The notes under the pieces were generated by a model. It searched no databases. It saw only the letters and a program-made list of their open reading frames with translations, and was not told where the DNA came from. DNA of 64,000 nucleotides from an uncultured Thiomicrospira sp. (GTDB lineage: Bacteria > Pseudomonadota > Gammaproteobacteria > CAKMZV01). Below are positions 10,301 through 19,283 of this stretch, piece by piece; positions within the stretch are counted from its first letter, which is position 1; each line of letters begins with the position of its first letter. Both the position numbers and the translations under genes were made by a program. The stretch is taken from assembly GCA_965195345.1 (NCBI GenBank), contig OZ239628.1, positions 1,641,334 through 1,705,333 on the forward strand, written 5' to 3'.

Positions 10301-11257
10301 TGCTCCAGTGGCGGCTCCTGGCCAAGGTGAAATAGCCGTTGGATGATTGTGCGTCTCAACTTTTATTTGATTGTGGATAAGCGCATCTTTGTATTGATAT
10401 AAGCCGTCACTCACACGCCATTGACTACTCAGCCCACCTTCAATAACCGCAGCGTTATCATCATAAGCAACGATCACACCATCGCTATTGCAAATATGAG
10501 TATTACGTATCATTGAAAACAGCGAATGCTTGCTTTGATCACCATCTATTTCCCACTTTGAATTAAATACTTTATGTCGACAATGTTCAGAGTTAACCTG
10601 TGCAAACATCATTATTTCTGCATCGGTGGGGTTCCGCTTTAACCGTGCGAATATTTCCAGTAAGTAATCTATTTCCGCATCATTTAATGCAAGTCCCATA
10701 GATGTATTCAACGCCTGTAAATTTGCTTTTCCATTCTGCAAAACTTCAATGCGCTTTGCATGAGAAGAACTTCCCATATTGAACCAAGAATTTGCAGATG
10801 ACTCATCAAACCAAATCGACTGAACCATGCGATCGTATAGCAATGTGAATCCCTCTGAACGAGGAGGCAGTTTATGGTCTAAAAAAGAATACTGGGTACC
10901 ATACTCAACACGCTCAATATTTTCAAAACCCGTAATTTTAGCGAGCTGTGTTGCTTTAGAGGACCATGGTGAGATTGTTCCTCTTCGTGGGACTACGAGT
11001 GCATCGCCTTTTGGAATAATAAGCTTCGTTTGTTTTTTTGCATTAAGCAAAGCCTCCAAACGCTTGAGCTGCTCGCATTCAAAAGGTTCTGAGGCAATTA
11101 CAAAATAACAAGGAGTCGCATTGATGTTCAACGAGCCATGCCCAAAGCGAACTAACTCTTTTTCTATTCTTTTTAACTGATTGGTATGAGAGTATGGGGA
11201 TCCTTTAAAAAAAAACACCACTCCTTGAACAGTTTTTTCTTCAATTCCGATGTTCAA
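7355..11257 (-). CDS. purL: Phosphoribosylformylglycinamidine synthase, single-chain large form
   Basis: 1300 aa with an FGAM synthase N-domain, AIRS-like domains and a C-terminal glutaminase domain (GxCNGCQ). Confidence 0.95.
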   Translation of the reverse strand: MNIGIEEKTVQGVVFFFKGSPYSHTNQLKRIEKELVRFGHGSLNINATPCYFVIASEPFECEQLKRLEALLNAKKQTKLIIPKGDALVVPRRGTISPWSSKATQLAKITGFENIERVEYGTQYSFLDHKLPPRSEGFTLLYDRMVQSIWFDESSANSWFNMGSSSHAKRIEVLQNGKANLQALNTSMGLALNDAEIDYLLEIFARLKRNPTDAEIMMFAQVNSEHCRHKVFNSKWEIDGDQSKHSLFSMIRNTHICNSDGVIVAYDDNAAVIEGGLSSQWRVSDGLYQYKDALIHNQIKVETHNHPTAISPWPGAATGAGGEIRDEAATGRGSTPKAGLVGFSVSSLNIPNAEKSWEYNFGKPTHTASAFEIMMQAPVGAARYNNEFGRPCICGYFRAWQAKVKNAEDEISYLGYHKPIMLAGGLGNISGEQVEKIAFPAESCLIVLGGAAQLIGMGGGANSSYSSGKKDESLDFASVQRDNPEMQRRCQEVINRCSWMEDKNPILSIHDVGAGGLSNAFPELIHDAGRGGTIQLRDVLVDDSEMSAAEIWCNESQERYVLAIDAKSLGVFQEICQRERCPYSVVGKADDSNQLVVNDALFEDAVVDMPLSDLLGNPPQYKRIEKRSNNKKQKLDFSSVDLHTLVHAVLAHPVVADKTFLITIGDRSVGGLVVQDQMVGPWQVPVSDYALTLRDYKGFAGEAMAIGERTPLAAIDSAASARIAVGECITNLLGAPIAKLGDIKLSANWMAAINHCSDSVALFDAVKAIGIELCPELGVAIPVGKDSMSMEQQWVEENVKKKVSSPVSLIISGFACVKDVRSYVGPQLVDDLESNLWLIDLGKKRLGCSVLAEVTGQLGDETPDLDTPSTLINLHSFINRLRSDGLLMSLHDRSDGGLIATVVEMAFAGNVGLEITLETEELVDTLFNEELGVVFQVAKNKQSVINELSKKYDLELLISNIGNISSDRNVVVSNRGTKVFEESLTVLRRSWSSVSFEMSVRRDNADCAKQQYDACCQLDNLGLSPALTFDPNTVFNINTNALPKVAILREQGVNGQSEMAAAFHAAGFACVDAHMSDLLSGSKILQECVGLAVCGGFSYGDVLGAGQGWAKSILYNQKVLSEFELFFNRLTTFTFGACNGCQMLTQLKQIIPGADHWATFRRNQSEQFEARLSMVCIPPNPSVMMNGMVGSKIMIPIAHGEGRAQFDSEADLEKAKQKQIITMQYVDHQGREAEEYPANPNGSELGITGLTTEDGRVLICMPHPERVFRSINYSWCPKEWNDQNASAPWLRLFQNARMFVS

Positions 11258-11451
11258 TTTTGAGGGATTTGTAGTTCGGGCGGGATAGCTAATTTTTCTA
11301 GTTGTTGCGCATGAATATCACACTCACTTTCCATTCCGAGCGTTGAACAGCCTGCTAAAAAAAGCACAAGAAATAGACCATTCAATCGAATAATTTTTTT
11401 GCCTGTTTTTATTGTTTCCGCTGTCATTATTCTCATGGTTATTCTCTCCAC
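11254..11451 (-). CDS. Small lipoprotein (65 aa, lipobox LAGC) in the dapA-downstream position
   Basis: Signal peptide plus lipobox, tightly packed between dapA and purL (4-nt and 1-nt overlaps). In E. coli bamC occupies the position after dapA; the sequence is too short to assign. Confidence 0.45.
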   Translation of the reverse strand: MERITMRIMTAETIKTGKKIIRLNGLFLVLFLAGCSTLGMESECDIHAQQLEKLAIPPELQIPQN

Positions 11452-12329
11452 TATAGCACTCCTGCTTGAGTCATTGCTTGCGCCACCTGATTATGGTATT
11501 GGGGTTCTAAATCAATTAACGGCAAACGCAGTGTGCCTCCACAAATCCCTAACTTCGATAATGCCCATTTGACTGGTATAGGGTTTGACTGACAAAATAA
11601 TTCTGTATGCAAACCCTGTAATTGGTCGTTAACTGCCTCAGCCTGTTTCCATTGTTTTTTAAGCGCAAAATCATAAAGCTCATAATTCAATCGTGGGGCT
11701 ACATTACCAGTAACGGATATGCCTCCAGCTCCACCTAACTTCATAAACTCATACGCAGTACCATCATCGCCCGTCCAATACAAAAAATCAGAATCAGTAA
11801 CCAATTGTTGAATTTCCTGCAATCGCTTCATCGAACCTGTTGCTTCTTTGATTCCGATGATATTTGAAATTTTTGATAGTCGAGCAACAGTATCTGGAAG
11901 AATGTCTGTGACTGTGCGACCAGGAACATTATATAAAATCTGAGGAATATCAACGGCATCAGCGATTGTTTTAAAGTGTTGATAGAGCCCCTCTTGAGGA
12001 GGTTTATTATAATAAGGCGCAACCAAAAGACATGCATCTGCTCCATCATTTTTAGCATTTTTAGTTAATTCAAGCGCTTCAACTGTAGAATTACCGCCCG
12101 TTCCTGCAATAATGGGTATACGCCCATTAACCACTTCTATAGACCGACGAATGACGGCGCGATGCTCACCAAAATCGAGCGTTGCCGACTCCCCTGTTGT
12201 TCCTACAATAACCAACCCATTTGTACCCTGACTAATATGCCACTCCAGCAGTAAATCCAATGCGGAATAATCAACACTAGTATCAGACAACATAGGGGTT
12301 ACTAAAGCAACTATCGATCCTTTAAACAT
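11451..12329 (-). CDS. dapA: 4-hydroxy-tetrahydrodipicolinate synthase
   Basis: 292 aa DapA/NAL-family TIM barrel (GTTGE, Schiff-base Lys region). Confidence 0.9.
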   Translation of the reverse strand: MFKGSIVALVTPMLSDTSVDYSALDLLLEWHISQGTNGLVIVGTTGESATLDFGEHRAVIRRSIEVVNGRIPIIAGTGGNSTVEALELTKNAKNDGADACLLVAPYYNKPPQEGLYQHFKTIADAVDIPQILYNVPGRTVTDILPDTVARLSKISNIIGIKEATGSMKRLQEIQQLVTDSDFLYWTGDDGTAYEFMKLGGAGGISVTGNVAPRLNYELYDFALKKQWKQAEAVNDQLQGLHTELFCQSNPIPVKWALSKLGICGGTLRLPLIDLEPQYHNQVAQAMTQAGVL

Positions 12330-12410
12330 GGGTTCTTTACGTATGAAAATGAATAATCTTCTAATTTTAACACGAGAATAAAAATGCGATATTCTAAGTT
12401 GGTAGTGGCG

Positions 12411-13781
12411 TCAGCTTTTTTTCAAATACTGTAAGGCTTGCTGAATATGCTTTACAGCTATTAATTCGACACCCTCAACAGCATTTCTAGGCACGTTTGA
12501 ACTTGCTAATATGATTGTTTTAAATCCTTGCTTGCTTGCTTCGCGGATACGTTGATCACCATTGGGTACAGGTCGTATTTCACCTGATAAACCTATTTCA
12601 CCAAATGCAGCTATTTCAGGGCCGATTGGGCTATCAATTATTGACGAAGAAACGGCTAAGAGCAGAGGCAAGTCAATACTAGGTTCTTGCAACTTTATGC
12701 CGCCCGGCACATTCACGTAGACATCTTGACCATTGCAAGAAATTTTTCCGTGTTTATTCAAAATCGTTAATAACATATTCATACGCTGGCTGTCAGGTCC
12801 CACAGCAACACGTCTTGGCATGCCTGTTTGATTTTCATCTACAAGCGCTTGTATTTCAAGTAACAACGAACGAGAGCCTTCAACAGCAATTGTTACAATG
12901 CTGCCAGAACCGTTCTTTACTCTGTCAGTTAGAAATATCGAAGAAGGATTTTTCACTTGCTTCAAACCACTTTCGGTCATAGCAAAAACCCCTAATTCAT
13001 TGATGCATCCAAAGCGATTTTTGAATGCGCGAATCACTCTAAACCGACCGTACTGCTCGCCTTCAAAATATAGAACAGTATCGACCATATGCTCCAACAC
13101 TCGTGGTCCAGCTATCGTACCTTCTTTGGTTACATGCCCCACAATAAATATACTCATACCCGTGTTTTTAGCCATGCGTACTAATCGAGCACAACATTCA
13201 CGCACCTGTGACACTGATCCTTGAGCCGAATCGATATTGGAGGAATATATTGTTTGAATTGAATCAATGATAAGTAGTTTGCATTGGCGTTGCATCACGA
13301 CCAACTCAATGTCTTCCAGCACATTTGAGCTGTATAGCCAAAGTGAATCCAATTTCAAATTCAAACGCGCCGCTCGCACGCTAATTTGAGACATTGATTC
13401 TTCTCCACTAGCGTACATGACCGTTAATGTGCTACCCATATTTGCCGCTACTTGAGTTAGCAGGGTTGATTTGCCGATACCAGGATCCCCCCCAACCAGA
13501 ACGACCGAACCTTGAACTAATCCACCACCAAGAACACGATCAAGTTCTTTAGACCCAGTAGTTTGTCGTTGCCATTGATCTGCTGTAATCTCACTGGCTA
13601 GCAATGGCTCTTGAGTCGCTACTTCAACAGCGCTTGCTATAGGTTCTTTAAATTTCTTTGACCCCGTTACTCGCGTGCTCTCTGTTAAGGTATTCCATTC
13701 TCCACAATCAGGACATTGCCCACTCCAACGAGACTGTTCGTTCCCGCAATCCTTACAAAAAAATAAATTTTTACTCACCAC
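12411..13781 (-). CDS. radA: DNA repair protein RadA (Sms)
   Basis: N-terminal C4 zinc ribbon (CKDCGNE…CPDCGEWN), a RecA-like ATPase with Walker A GDPGIGKST, and a C-terminal Lon-like domain. Confidence 0.9.
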   Translation of the reverse strand: MVSKNLFFCKDCGNEQSRWSGQCPDCGEWNTLTESTRVTGSKKFKEPIASAVEVATQEPLLASEITADQWQRQTTGSKELDRVLGGGLVQGSVVLVGGDPGIGKSTLLTQVAANMGSTLTVMYASGEESMSQISVRAARLNLKLDSLWLYSSNVLEDIELVVMQRQCKLLIIDSIQTIYSSNIDSAQGSVSQVRECCARLVRMAKNTGMSIFIVGHVTKEGTIAGPRVLEHMVDTVLYFEGEQYGRFRVIRAFKNRFGCINELGVFAMTESGLKQVKNPSSIFLTDRVKNGSGSIVTIAVEGSRSLLLEIQALVDENQTGMPRRVAVGPDSQRMNMLLTILNKHGKISCNGQDVYVNVPGGIKLQEPSIDLPLLLAVSSSIIDSPIGPEIAAFGEIGLSGEIRPVPNGDQRIREASKQGFKTIILASSNVPRNAVEGVELIAVKHIQQALQYLKKS

Positions 13782-14034
13782 AAGTTTTTTTGAAAATCGA
13801 TTCCAACGTTACCTCAGATGCATAAACTATCCCACTTTCACTTGGTCCTTCAAACGTGATCGTGTTAGGATTAACTGGATCGTCAACCTGAATCTGTGCA
13901 TCTCCACCCTCTGCACACTGAATACGAAAATAATAAATTCCGTTCTCATTGCAAGGAAAACAGCTGAAGCTCTCTTGATATGCCCAACTACTTGTAACCA
14001 TCATTACTAATAAGAACAATAATTTTTTAATCAT
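13771..14034 (-). CDS. Small secreted Cys-rich protein (87 aa, 5 Cys), unknown function
   Basis: Clear signal peptide (MIKKLLFLLVMMVTSSWA). Its stop overlaps the radA start by 11 nt, which suggests translational coupling. Confidence 0.4.
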   Translation of the reverse strand: MIKKLLFLLVMMVTSSWAYQESFSCFPCNENGIYYFRIQCAEGGDAQIQVDDPVNPNTITFEGPSESGIVYASEVTLESIFKKTCGE

Positions 14035-14171
14035 TACTTCCCTCTCTCTTAATCAGATATTTCACAAATGCCTTGCAAACAACCATTGTTGCATTTTAGC
14101 CTGCATTCATCGACCATGTGTCCTTTCCAAACGTGAAAAGTCGTTACATGCGTTTGCTTTAAATAAAATAA

Positions 14172-15296
14172 TCACCTTTTCTTCAAGACAACGCCCATCT
14201 CAACGTGATTTGTGTAAGGAAATTGATCAAAAATCGCCAACGAAACTATATTGAAACAATCACCCCAAGCCTCTAAGTCTTTAATCGCCTCATTGGGATT
14301 GCAGGAAAAATAAATTACATTATTAAATTCTTTTGCAAATTCGCGACAAAAAGAATTCAAACCGTTGCGTGGTGGATCAAGCAGCAGCCATTGAAAATCA
14401 TATTCAGCTATTTCAATGCCCTTTAATCGATTAAAAAGTCGCTCACCTTTTAAGGCTTGAGCGGTTTCTAAATCCGACAAACGAACAACTGAGACTGTAT
14501 TAATATTATTAACACTAAGATTATGTTTACACAGTGCAACAGCACTACGGGTTAATTCCGTTGCTAATATTTTGCGAAAGCGAAAGGCTAAAGAGCATGT
14601 GAAATTACCAATGCCACAATACAATTCTAATAAATCTCCAGGATTTTCCGGAATGAACGTTTGAACCCAATTCAACATGTCAACATTAATATAAGGATTG
14701 GGTTGTGAAAAACTAATATCGTCTTGGCGCAAAATAATTTTTCTTTGTTTATTCTTATGATTTACGATGTATTGATCGTCTATATAACTATTCCCTATAA
14801 CACGCTGTATTTTGCGTGAACGACCAATAATATGGGCGTCCAGCGCTTCTGCAAGAGATCTAGCTTGCTCATCCCAAGTTTCATTGATTTGACGATGATA
14901 CAGTAGGCTGATTAAACATTCTCCCTGTAAGGTAGCCCTCCAATCAACTTGAAATAAGCGATTAGCAAGCGTTGGATTGTTTTTCACAATTTCCAAAAAC
15001 AAAGGCATTCGCTGGTATATAGGCAAAATAACAGTAGGACAATGATTTATTTCAATCGGTTGTTTCTGTTCATCATAGACTAACCAAGCAAGCGGATTAG
15101 TACCTATTGAGAACTCAATTCGACCTCGAAAGTACTGTTTAGGAGAAGAAAATTTTTGTATATCAACATGCTTGTTTAACGGCTCTTTCAGTTGAGTACT
15201 TAATTGTCGTTTAATATTTCGACATTTATTCGAAAACAGTTGCTCATAACTTTCAGGATAAGTTTGACATGGAATGCTATTGATTTTTTTCATCAT
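14172..15296 (-). CDS. trmA: tRNA (uracil54-C5)-methyltransferase TrmA
   Basis: C-terminus LLLDPPRNGL…FDQFPYTNHVEMGVVL closely matches E. coli TrmA (VLVDPPRSGL…FDQFPYTHHMECGVLL). The true start is most likely the internal MMKKINSIPCQTYPESYEQL at 15296, giving 375 aa. The ORF call to 15536 is over-extended and would overlap nnr by 217 nt. Confidence 0.8.
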   Translation of the reverse strand: MMKKINSIPCQTYPESYEQLFSNKCRNIKRQLSTQLKEPLNKHVDIQKFSSPKQYFRGRIEFSIGTNPLAWLVYDEQKQPIEINHCPTVILPIYQRMPLFLEIVKNNPTLANRLFQVDWRATLQGECLISLLYHRQINETWDEQARSLAEALDAHIIGRSRKIQRVIGNSYIDDQYIVNHKNKQRKIILRQDDISFSQPNPYINVDMLNWVQTFIPENPGDLLELYCGIGNFTCSLAFRFRKILATELTRSAVALCKHNLSVNNINTVSVVRLSDLETAQALKGERLFNRLKGIEIAEYDFQWLLLDPPRNGLNSFCREFAKEFNNVIYFSCNPNEAIKDLEAWGDCFNIVSLAIFDQFPYTNHVEMGVVLKKR

Positions 15297-15319
15297 GCAT
15301 CTTATTTTATAATGCCAGC

Positions 15320-16777
15320 ATGAACTATCGTTTAACAAATTTACCTGAGCATCACGCACAATGCTTTGATTTGGCAACAATTCGTCGAATTGACAATTAC
15401 GCTTTGACCGAGTTAGCCTTACCATTAATGGAAAATGCTGGGAAAGCCGCTGCACAACTGTTGATCGAGCAATTGCCTCATGCTGAAAAAATCGCTGTTT
15501 TTGCTGGTTCAGGAAACAATGGCGGTGATGCGTCAATATGCGCTTGCCACTTAATCAAAGCGGGCAAAGAAGTACAATTTTTTTTCACGACCCCGCCTAA
15601 AAGAAAGGAAGCGCTTTGTGCTTGGGAAGGACTGCTTAAAATTTCAAACTCTGCACCAAATAATCTTGATTCTTTGCCAGAAATGGAAACGTTTGATTGT
15701 GTAGTGGATGGGCTATTGGGAAGCGGATTACAAGATAATATTACTAAAAAGATGTATGAAATCATCGAACATATTAATAGTACAAATCTACCTTGCCTAT
15801 CTTTAGATGTTCCTTCAGGGTTAAACGCTTCTACTGGCAAAGCCCAATCCATAGCCATTAAGTCCAAATTTACATTAACCTTTGTTGGCCTTAAAAAAGG
15901 ACTATTCTGCAACGATGGACGTGATGTATGTGGAGAGATATTTTTCAATCCTCTTGGCATTCCTAAACATGTATATTCTAAATTCGAACCTGAAATACAA
16001 CTGGCAACACGCCTCCCTTTTCTCCCTCGCAATCATAATAGCCACAAGAATTGTTATGGGCGCGTGAATATTATCGGGGGACAGCCGTCCATGTCAGGTG
16101 CTGTAATAATGGCAGCAGAGGCAGCCATGCGCTGTGGCGTTGGGGCTGTTATCGTGACAACACATGAAAACCATGCTTCTTTTTTGAGCACAGCTCTTCC
16201 TGAAGCCATGTTCGACGTTGCATTGTGTTCTCAAGCAAACATTCGTCTTGTTGGTCCTGGGTTGGGAAAAAGTAATTGGTCAAAAAATTTATTCAAAATC
16301 TCCATCAAAGAATCTATAGAAAAAAACCATCCTATCCTTGTCGATGCGGATGGGTTACGACTGCTTGCAAACAACCATCTTCACTACGACAAATGGGTGC
16401 TAACACCCCATCCTGGAGAAGCTGCAAGCTTACTTGACACAGACATTTCCAGCATTGAAGCAGATCGCGTCCAATCAGCAAAGAAAATAGCCTTGAAATA
16501 CGGTGGCGTTGTTGTATTGAAAGGCAGCGCCACCGTCATAGCAACCGAAACCGACTGCAGCATATGTCCTTTTGGCAATCCAGCAATGGCAAGTGCTGGA
16601 ATGGGCGATGTGCTCTCTGGAATTATTGCCGCTTTAATCGGTCAAAATACCACTTTATACAATGCAGCTCAACAAGGCGTTGCTATTCATGCATACACTG
16701 GAGATAAGCTGTTGTATAAAAAAGGTTGGGGATTGCAAGCAACTGATATCGTAGAGGCGCTATTCATAAATGGATAG
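15320..16777 (+). CDS. nnr: Bifunctional NAD(P)H-hydrate repair enzyme Nnr (epimerase plus ADP-dependent dehydratase)
   Basis: N-terminal YjeF_N domain (GSGNNGGD) and a C-terminal carbohydrate-kinase-like domain (GPGLG…, GDVLSG). Confidence 0.85.
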   Translation: MNYRLTNLPEHHAQCFDLATIRRIDNYALTELALPLMENAGKAAAQLLIEQLPHAEKIAVFAGSGNNGGDASICACHLIKAGKEVQFFFTTPPKRKEALCAWEGLLKISNSAPNNLDSLPEMETFDCVVDGLLGSGLQDNITKKMYEIIEHINSTNLPCLSLDVPSGLNASTGKAQSIAIKSKFTLTFVGLKKGLFCNDGRDVCGEIFFNPLGIPKHVYSKFEPEIQLATRLPFLPRNHNSHKNCYGRVNIIGGQPSMSGAVIMAAEAAMRCGVGAVIVTTHENHASFLSTALPEAMFDVALCSQANIRLVGPGLGKSNWSKNLFKISIKESIEKNHPILVDADGLRLLANNHLHYDKWVLTPHPGEAASLLDTDISSIEADRVQSAKKIALKYGGVVVLKGSATVIATETDCSICPFGNPAMASAGMGDVLSGIIAALIGQNTTLYNAAQQGVAIHAYTGDKLLYKKGWGLQATDIVEALFING

Positions 16778-16795
16778 CGTACAATACGCCCCGGT

Positions 16796-17686
16796 ATGTC
16801 CTTATCTATTTCTAACACTTTTTCTGATTGGTTGAATGAGCGTAGCGTCCGTTTTTCGGACTACTTTACCTCTGTATTACCCAATAGTGATTACAACATA
16901 TTACACAGAGCCATAAGATACTCAGCGCTCGGAGGAGGAAAGTGCTTACGCCCTGCTTTAATTTATGGATGTGCTGAGGAATTAGGAATTGACGAACATA
17001 TTGACGCACTTGCTGCCTCGCTGGAAGCGGTACACGCCTACTCTCTCATCCACGACGATTTACCTGCAATGGATGATGACGATTTACGCAGAGGAAAAGC
17101 TTCGTGTCATGTCGCCTTTGGTGAAGGACAGGCAATTCTTGCGGGAGATGCCTTGCAGACATGGGCATTTGAAAACATCGCCATGCAGTCCATTGATTCT
17201 GAAATTAAAATTGAATTAATCCTGCTTTTATCTAAAGCGATCGGCCCGAATGGCATGGCTACTGGACAGTCCATTGACATCCAATTTGAACTTGACCATA
17301 CAAATGCAAGCATTGAAAATTTGTGCGACATGCATCGCAAAAAAACAGGGTTGTTAATTCAAACCGCTATATTAATGCCGATAATCTTGACTCAACAAAC
17401 CAAAATATTCCCAGCGTTAAAAAAATTTGGTGAAGACATTGGATTAGCATTTCAAATTCACGACGACATCCTGGATGAAACAGCAAGCACTTCTCAGCTT
17501 GGCAAACCAGCTAATAGTGACATTGACAAAGACAAGTTAACGTTTACTCGTCTATTAGGTACAGAAGAATCCATTGTTCAGCGTGACTATTATTTTAATA
17601 GTGCTTACGAATCTCTATGCGAAATCGGCTGGGAAAAATCACGCTTACTGGATCTTGCTTTGTACATGACTCATAGATCAAACTAA
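16796..17686 (+). CDS. ispA: (2E,6E)-farnesyl diphosphate synthase
   Basis: Two DDxxD motifs (HDDLPAMDDDD, FQIHDDILD). Confidence 0.9.
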   Translation: MSLSISNTFSDWLNERSVRFSDYFTSVLPNSDYNILHRAIRYSALGGGKCLRPALIYGCAEELGIDEHIDALAASLEAVHAYSLIHDDLPAMDDDDLRRGKASCHVAFGEGQAILAGDALQTWAFENIAMQSIDSEIKIELILLLSKAIGPNGMATGQSIDIQFELDHTNASIENLCDMHRKKTGLLIQTAILMPIILTQQTKIFPALKKFGEDIGLAFQIHDDILDETASTSQLGKPANSDIDKDKLTFTRLLGTEESIVQRDYYFNSAYESLCEIGWEKSRLLDLALYMTHRSN

Positions 17687-18465
17687 TGCACATAATATTA
17701 GGCTGTCTTATTGGTGCTGTAATCGGAAGTTTGGTCAATATGCTTGCGCATCGTTTACCGATAGTATTAGGTTGGGAAGAAAAACCATCAAAGTATACCC
17801 GCTACAACTTGTTCCTCCCCGCCTCGCATTGTCCAAAATGCATGCAATCGCTCAAGTTTTACCACAATATCCCTATCGTTAGTTTTCTCTTATTGAAAGG
17901 TCGATGTGCTTACTGTAAGACCTCTTTTGGGTTACGCTACTTAATCGTTGAATTGCTATGTTTGTTTGCCGGAGCACTTATTGCTTGGTTGCATTCAGAT
18001 TTAACATTCATGATTTTGCTTTATTTCGTTTTGACTATAACGATGGCACTCGCAGTAATCGACTGGGAAACATTAATATTACCAGACGCTTTAACAGGGT
18101 TATTGCTGTGGAGTGCTCTGCTGTTAAATGCATTTTCTATAGTGGATGACGTTGCTTTGAAAGATGCAGTGATGGGAGCTGCTCTGGGTTATTCAAGTCT
18201 TTGGTTGCTCAATCAAATCTATAAATTAATTTGCAAAATGGACGGCATAGGACAAGGCGATTTCAAACTTCTCGCTGCTTGGGGGGCATGGTTGGGGTGG
18301 TACGCACTGCCTAATTTGATAATTATTGCTTCTTGTAGCGCGATTGCTTGGTATTTGGTATTTTCGATAATGCATGCTAAATTTGACTTCAAAAAAATCA
18401 TAGCCTTTGGCCCTTGGTTATGCCTTGGGGGATTTTCTCTTTTGTTAATTTCTCAGTTAAAATAG
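17686..18465 (+). CDS. pilD: Prepilin leader peptidase / N-methyltransferase (type IV pilin / T2SS pseudopilin peptidase)
   Basis: Polytopic membrane protein with the CxxC…CxxC zinc-binding tetracysteine motif (CPKC…CAYC) and conserved aspartates. The start overlaps the ispA stop (TAATG). Confidence 0.8.
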   Translation: MHIILGCLIGAVIGSLVNMLAHRLPIVLGWEEKPSKYTRYNLFLPASHCPKCMQSLKFYHNIPIVSFLLLKGRCAYCKTSFGLRYLIVELLCLFAGALIAWLHSDLTFMILLYFVLTITMALAVIDWETLILPDALTGLLLWSALLLNAFSIVDDVALKDAVMGAALGYSSLWLLNQIYKLICKMDGIGQGDFKLLAAWGAWLGWYALPNLIIIASCSAIAWYLVFSIMHAKFDFKKIIAFGPWLCLGGFSLLLISQLK

Positions 18466-18529
18466 ACGATACTAGGAATAATTTTTCATAATTAAACTTA
18501 ACTATTTCTAATGTAACACCCTTTAAAAA

Positions 18530-19282
18530 ATGAATTTAATTTATAAAAATAAAGAAGAAATCGAATGTTTGCGCCAAGCGGGTCGAATCAGCGCTGAACT
18601 GCTTGACTGGATAACCGACTATGTGCAACCTAATGTGACGACTGGATATCTTAATGATTTATTGCACGATCGAATGACCACGGAATACAAAGTTATTCCA
18701 GCTCCGCTCAATTATCGTGGTTTTCCAAAGGCAACATGTATTTCAACAAATCACCAAGTATGCCACGGGATACCAGGAGAACGTATCCTAAAAAATGGTG
18801 ACATTGTCAATATAGATATCACGGTAATTAAAGATGGCTGGCATGGCGATTGCAGCCGTATGTTTGAAGTAGGCGAGGTTTCTATCGCTGCCCGACGGTT
18901 GAATAAAGTAGCTAAAGATTGCCTTTATGCTGGCATTGAAAAGGTACGCCCTGGAGTCACATTGGGCGATCTTGGAAGGACAATTCAACGCTTAGGAGAA
19001 TCTAATAGTTATAGTATCGTGCGTGAGTATTGCGGTCATGGCATAGGCAGGCATTTTCACGAAGAACCTCAAATACTCCATTACGGTTCTCCTGGAGTAG
19101 GGTTAGTACTTGAAGAAGGTTTGACGTTCACTATAGAACCAATGCTTAATCAAGGACGCGCAGAAACAAAACTGTTAAAAGATGGCTGGACCGTTGTTAC
19201 TCGTGATCGTTCCCTCTCTGCCCAATGGGAACATACTATTGCTATCACCAATGATGGATGTGAAATCCTAACTTTATCGTAG
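18530..19282 (+). CDS. map: Methionine aminopeptidase, type I
   Basis: Pita-bread fold metal ligands (DIVNIDITV…HGD, HGIGRHFHEEP, EPM). Confidence 0.9.
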   Translation: MNLIYKNKEEIECLRQAGRISAELLDWITDYVQPNVTTGYLNDLLHDRMTTEYKVIPAPLNYRGFPKATCISTNHQVCHGIPGERILKNGDIVNIDITVIKDGWHGDCSRMFEVGEVSIAARRLNKVAKDCLYAGIEKVRPGVTLGDLGRTIQRLGESNSYSIVREYCGHGIGRHFHEEPQILHYGSPGVGLVLEEGLTFTIEPMLNQGRAETKLLKDGWTVVTRDRSLSAQWEHTIAITNDGCEILTLS

Positions 19283-19283
19283 G

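Noticed and set aside
7574-11108. Plus-strand ORFs inside purL (7574..7768, 8167..8388, 8808..8999, 10058..10346, 10827..11108) and a minus-strand ORF 9388..9684 in another frame
   Set aside because: All lie within the 1300-aa purL CDS, whose alignment is continuous, so there is no room for independent genes.
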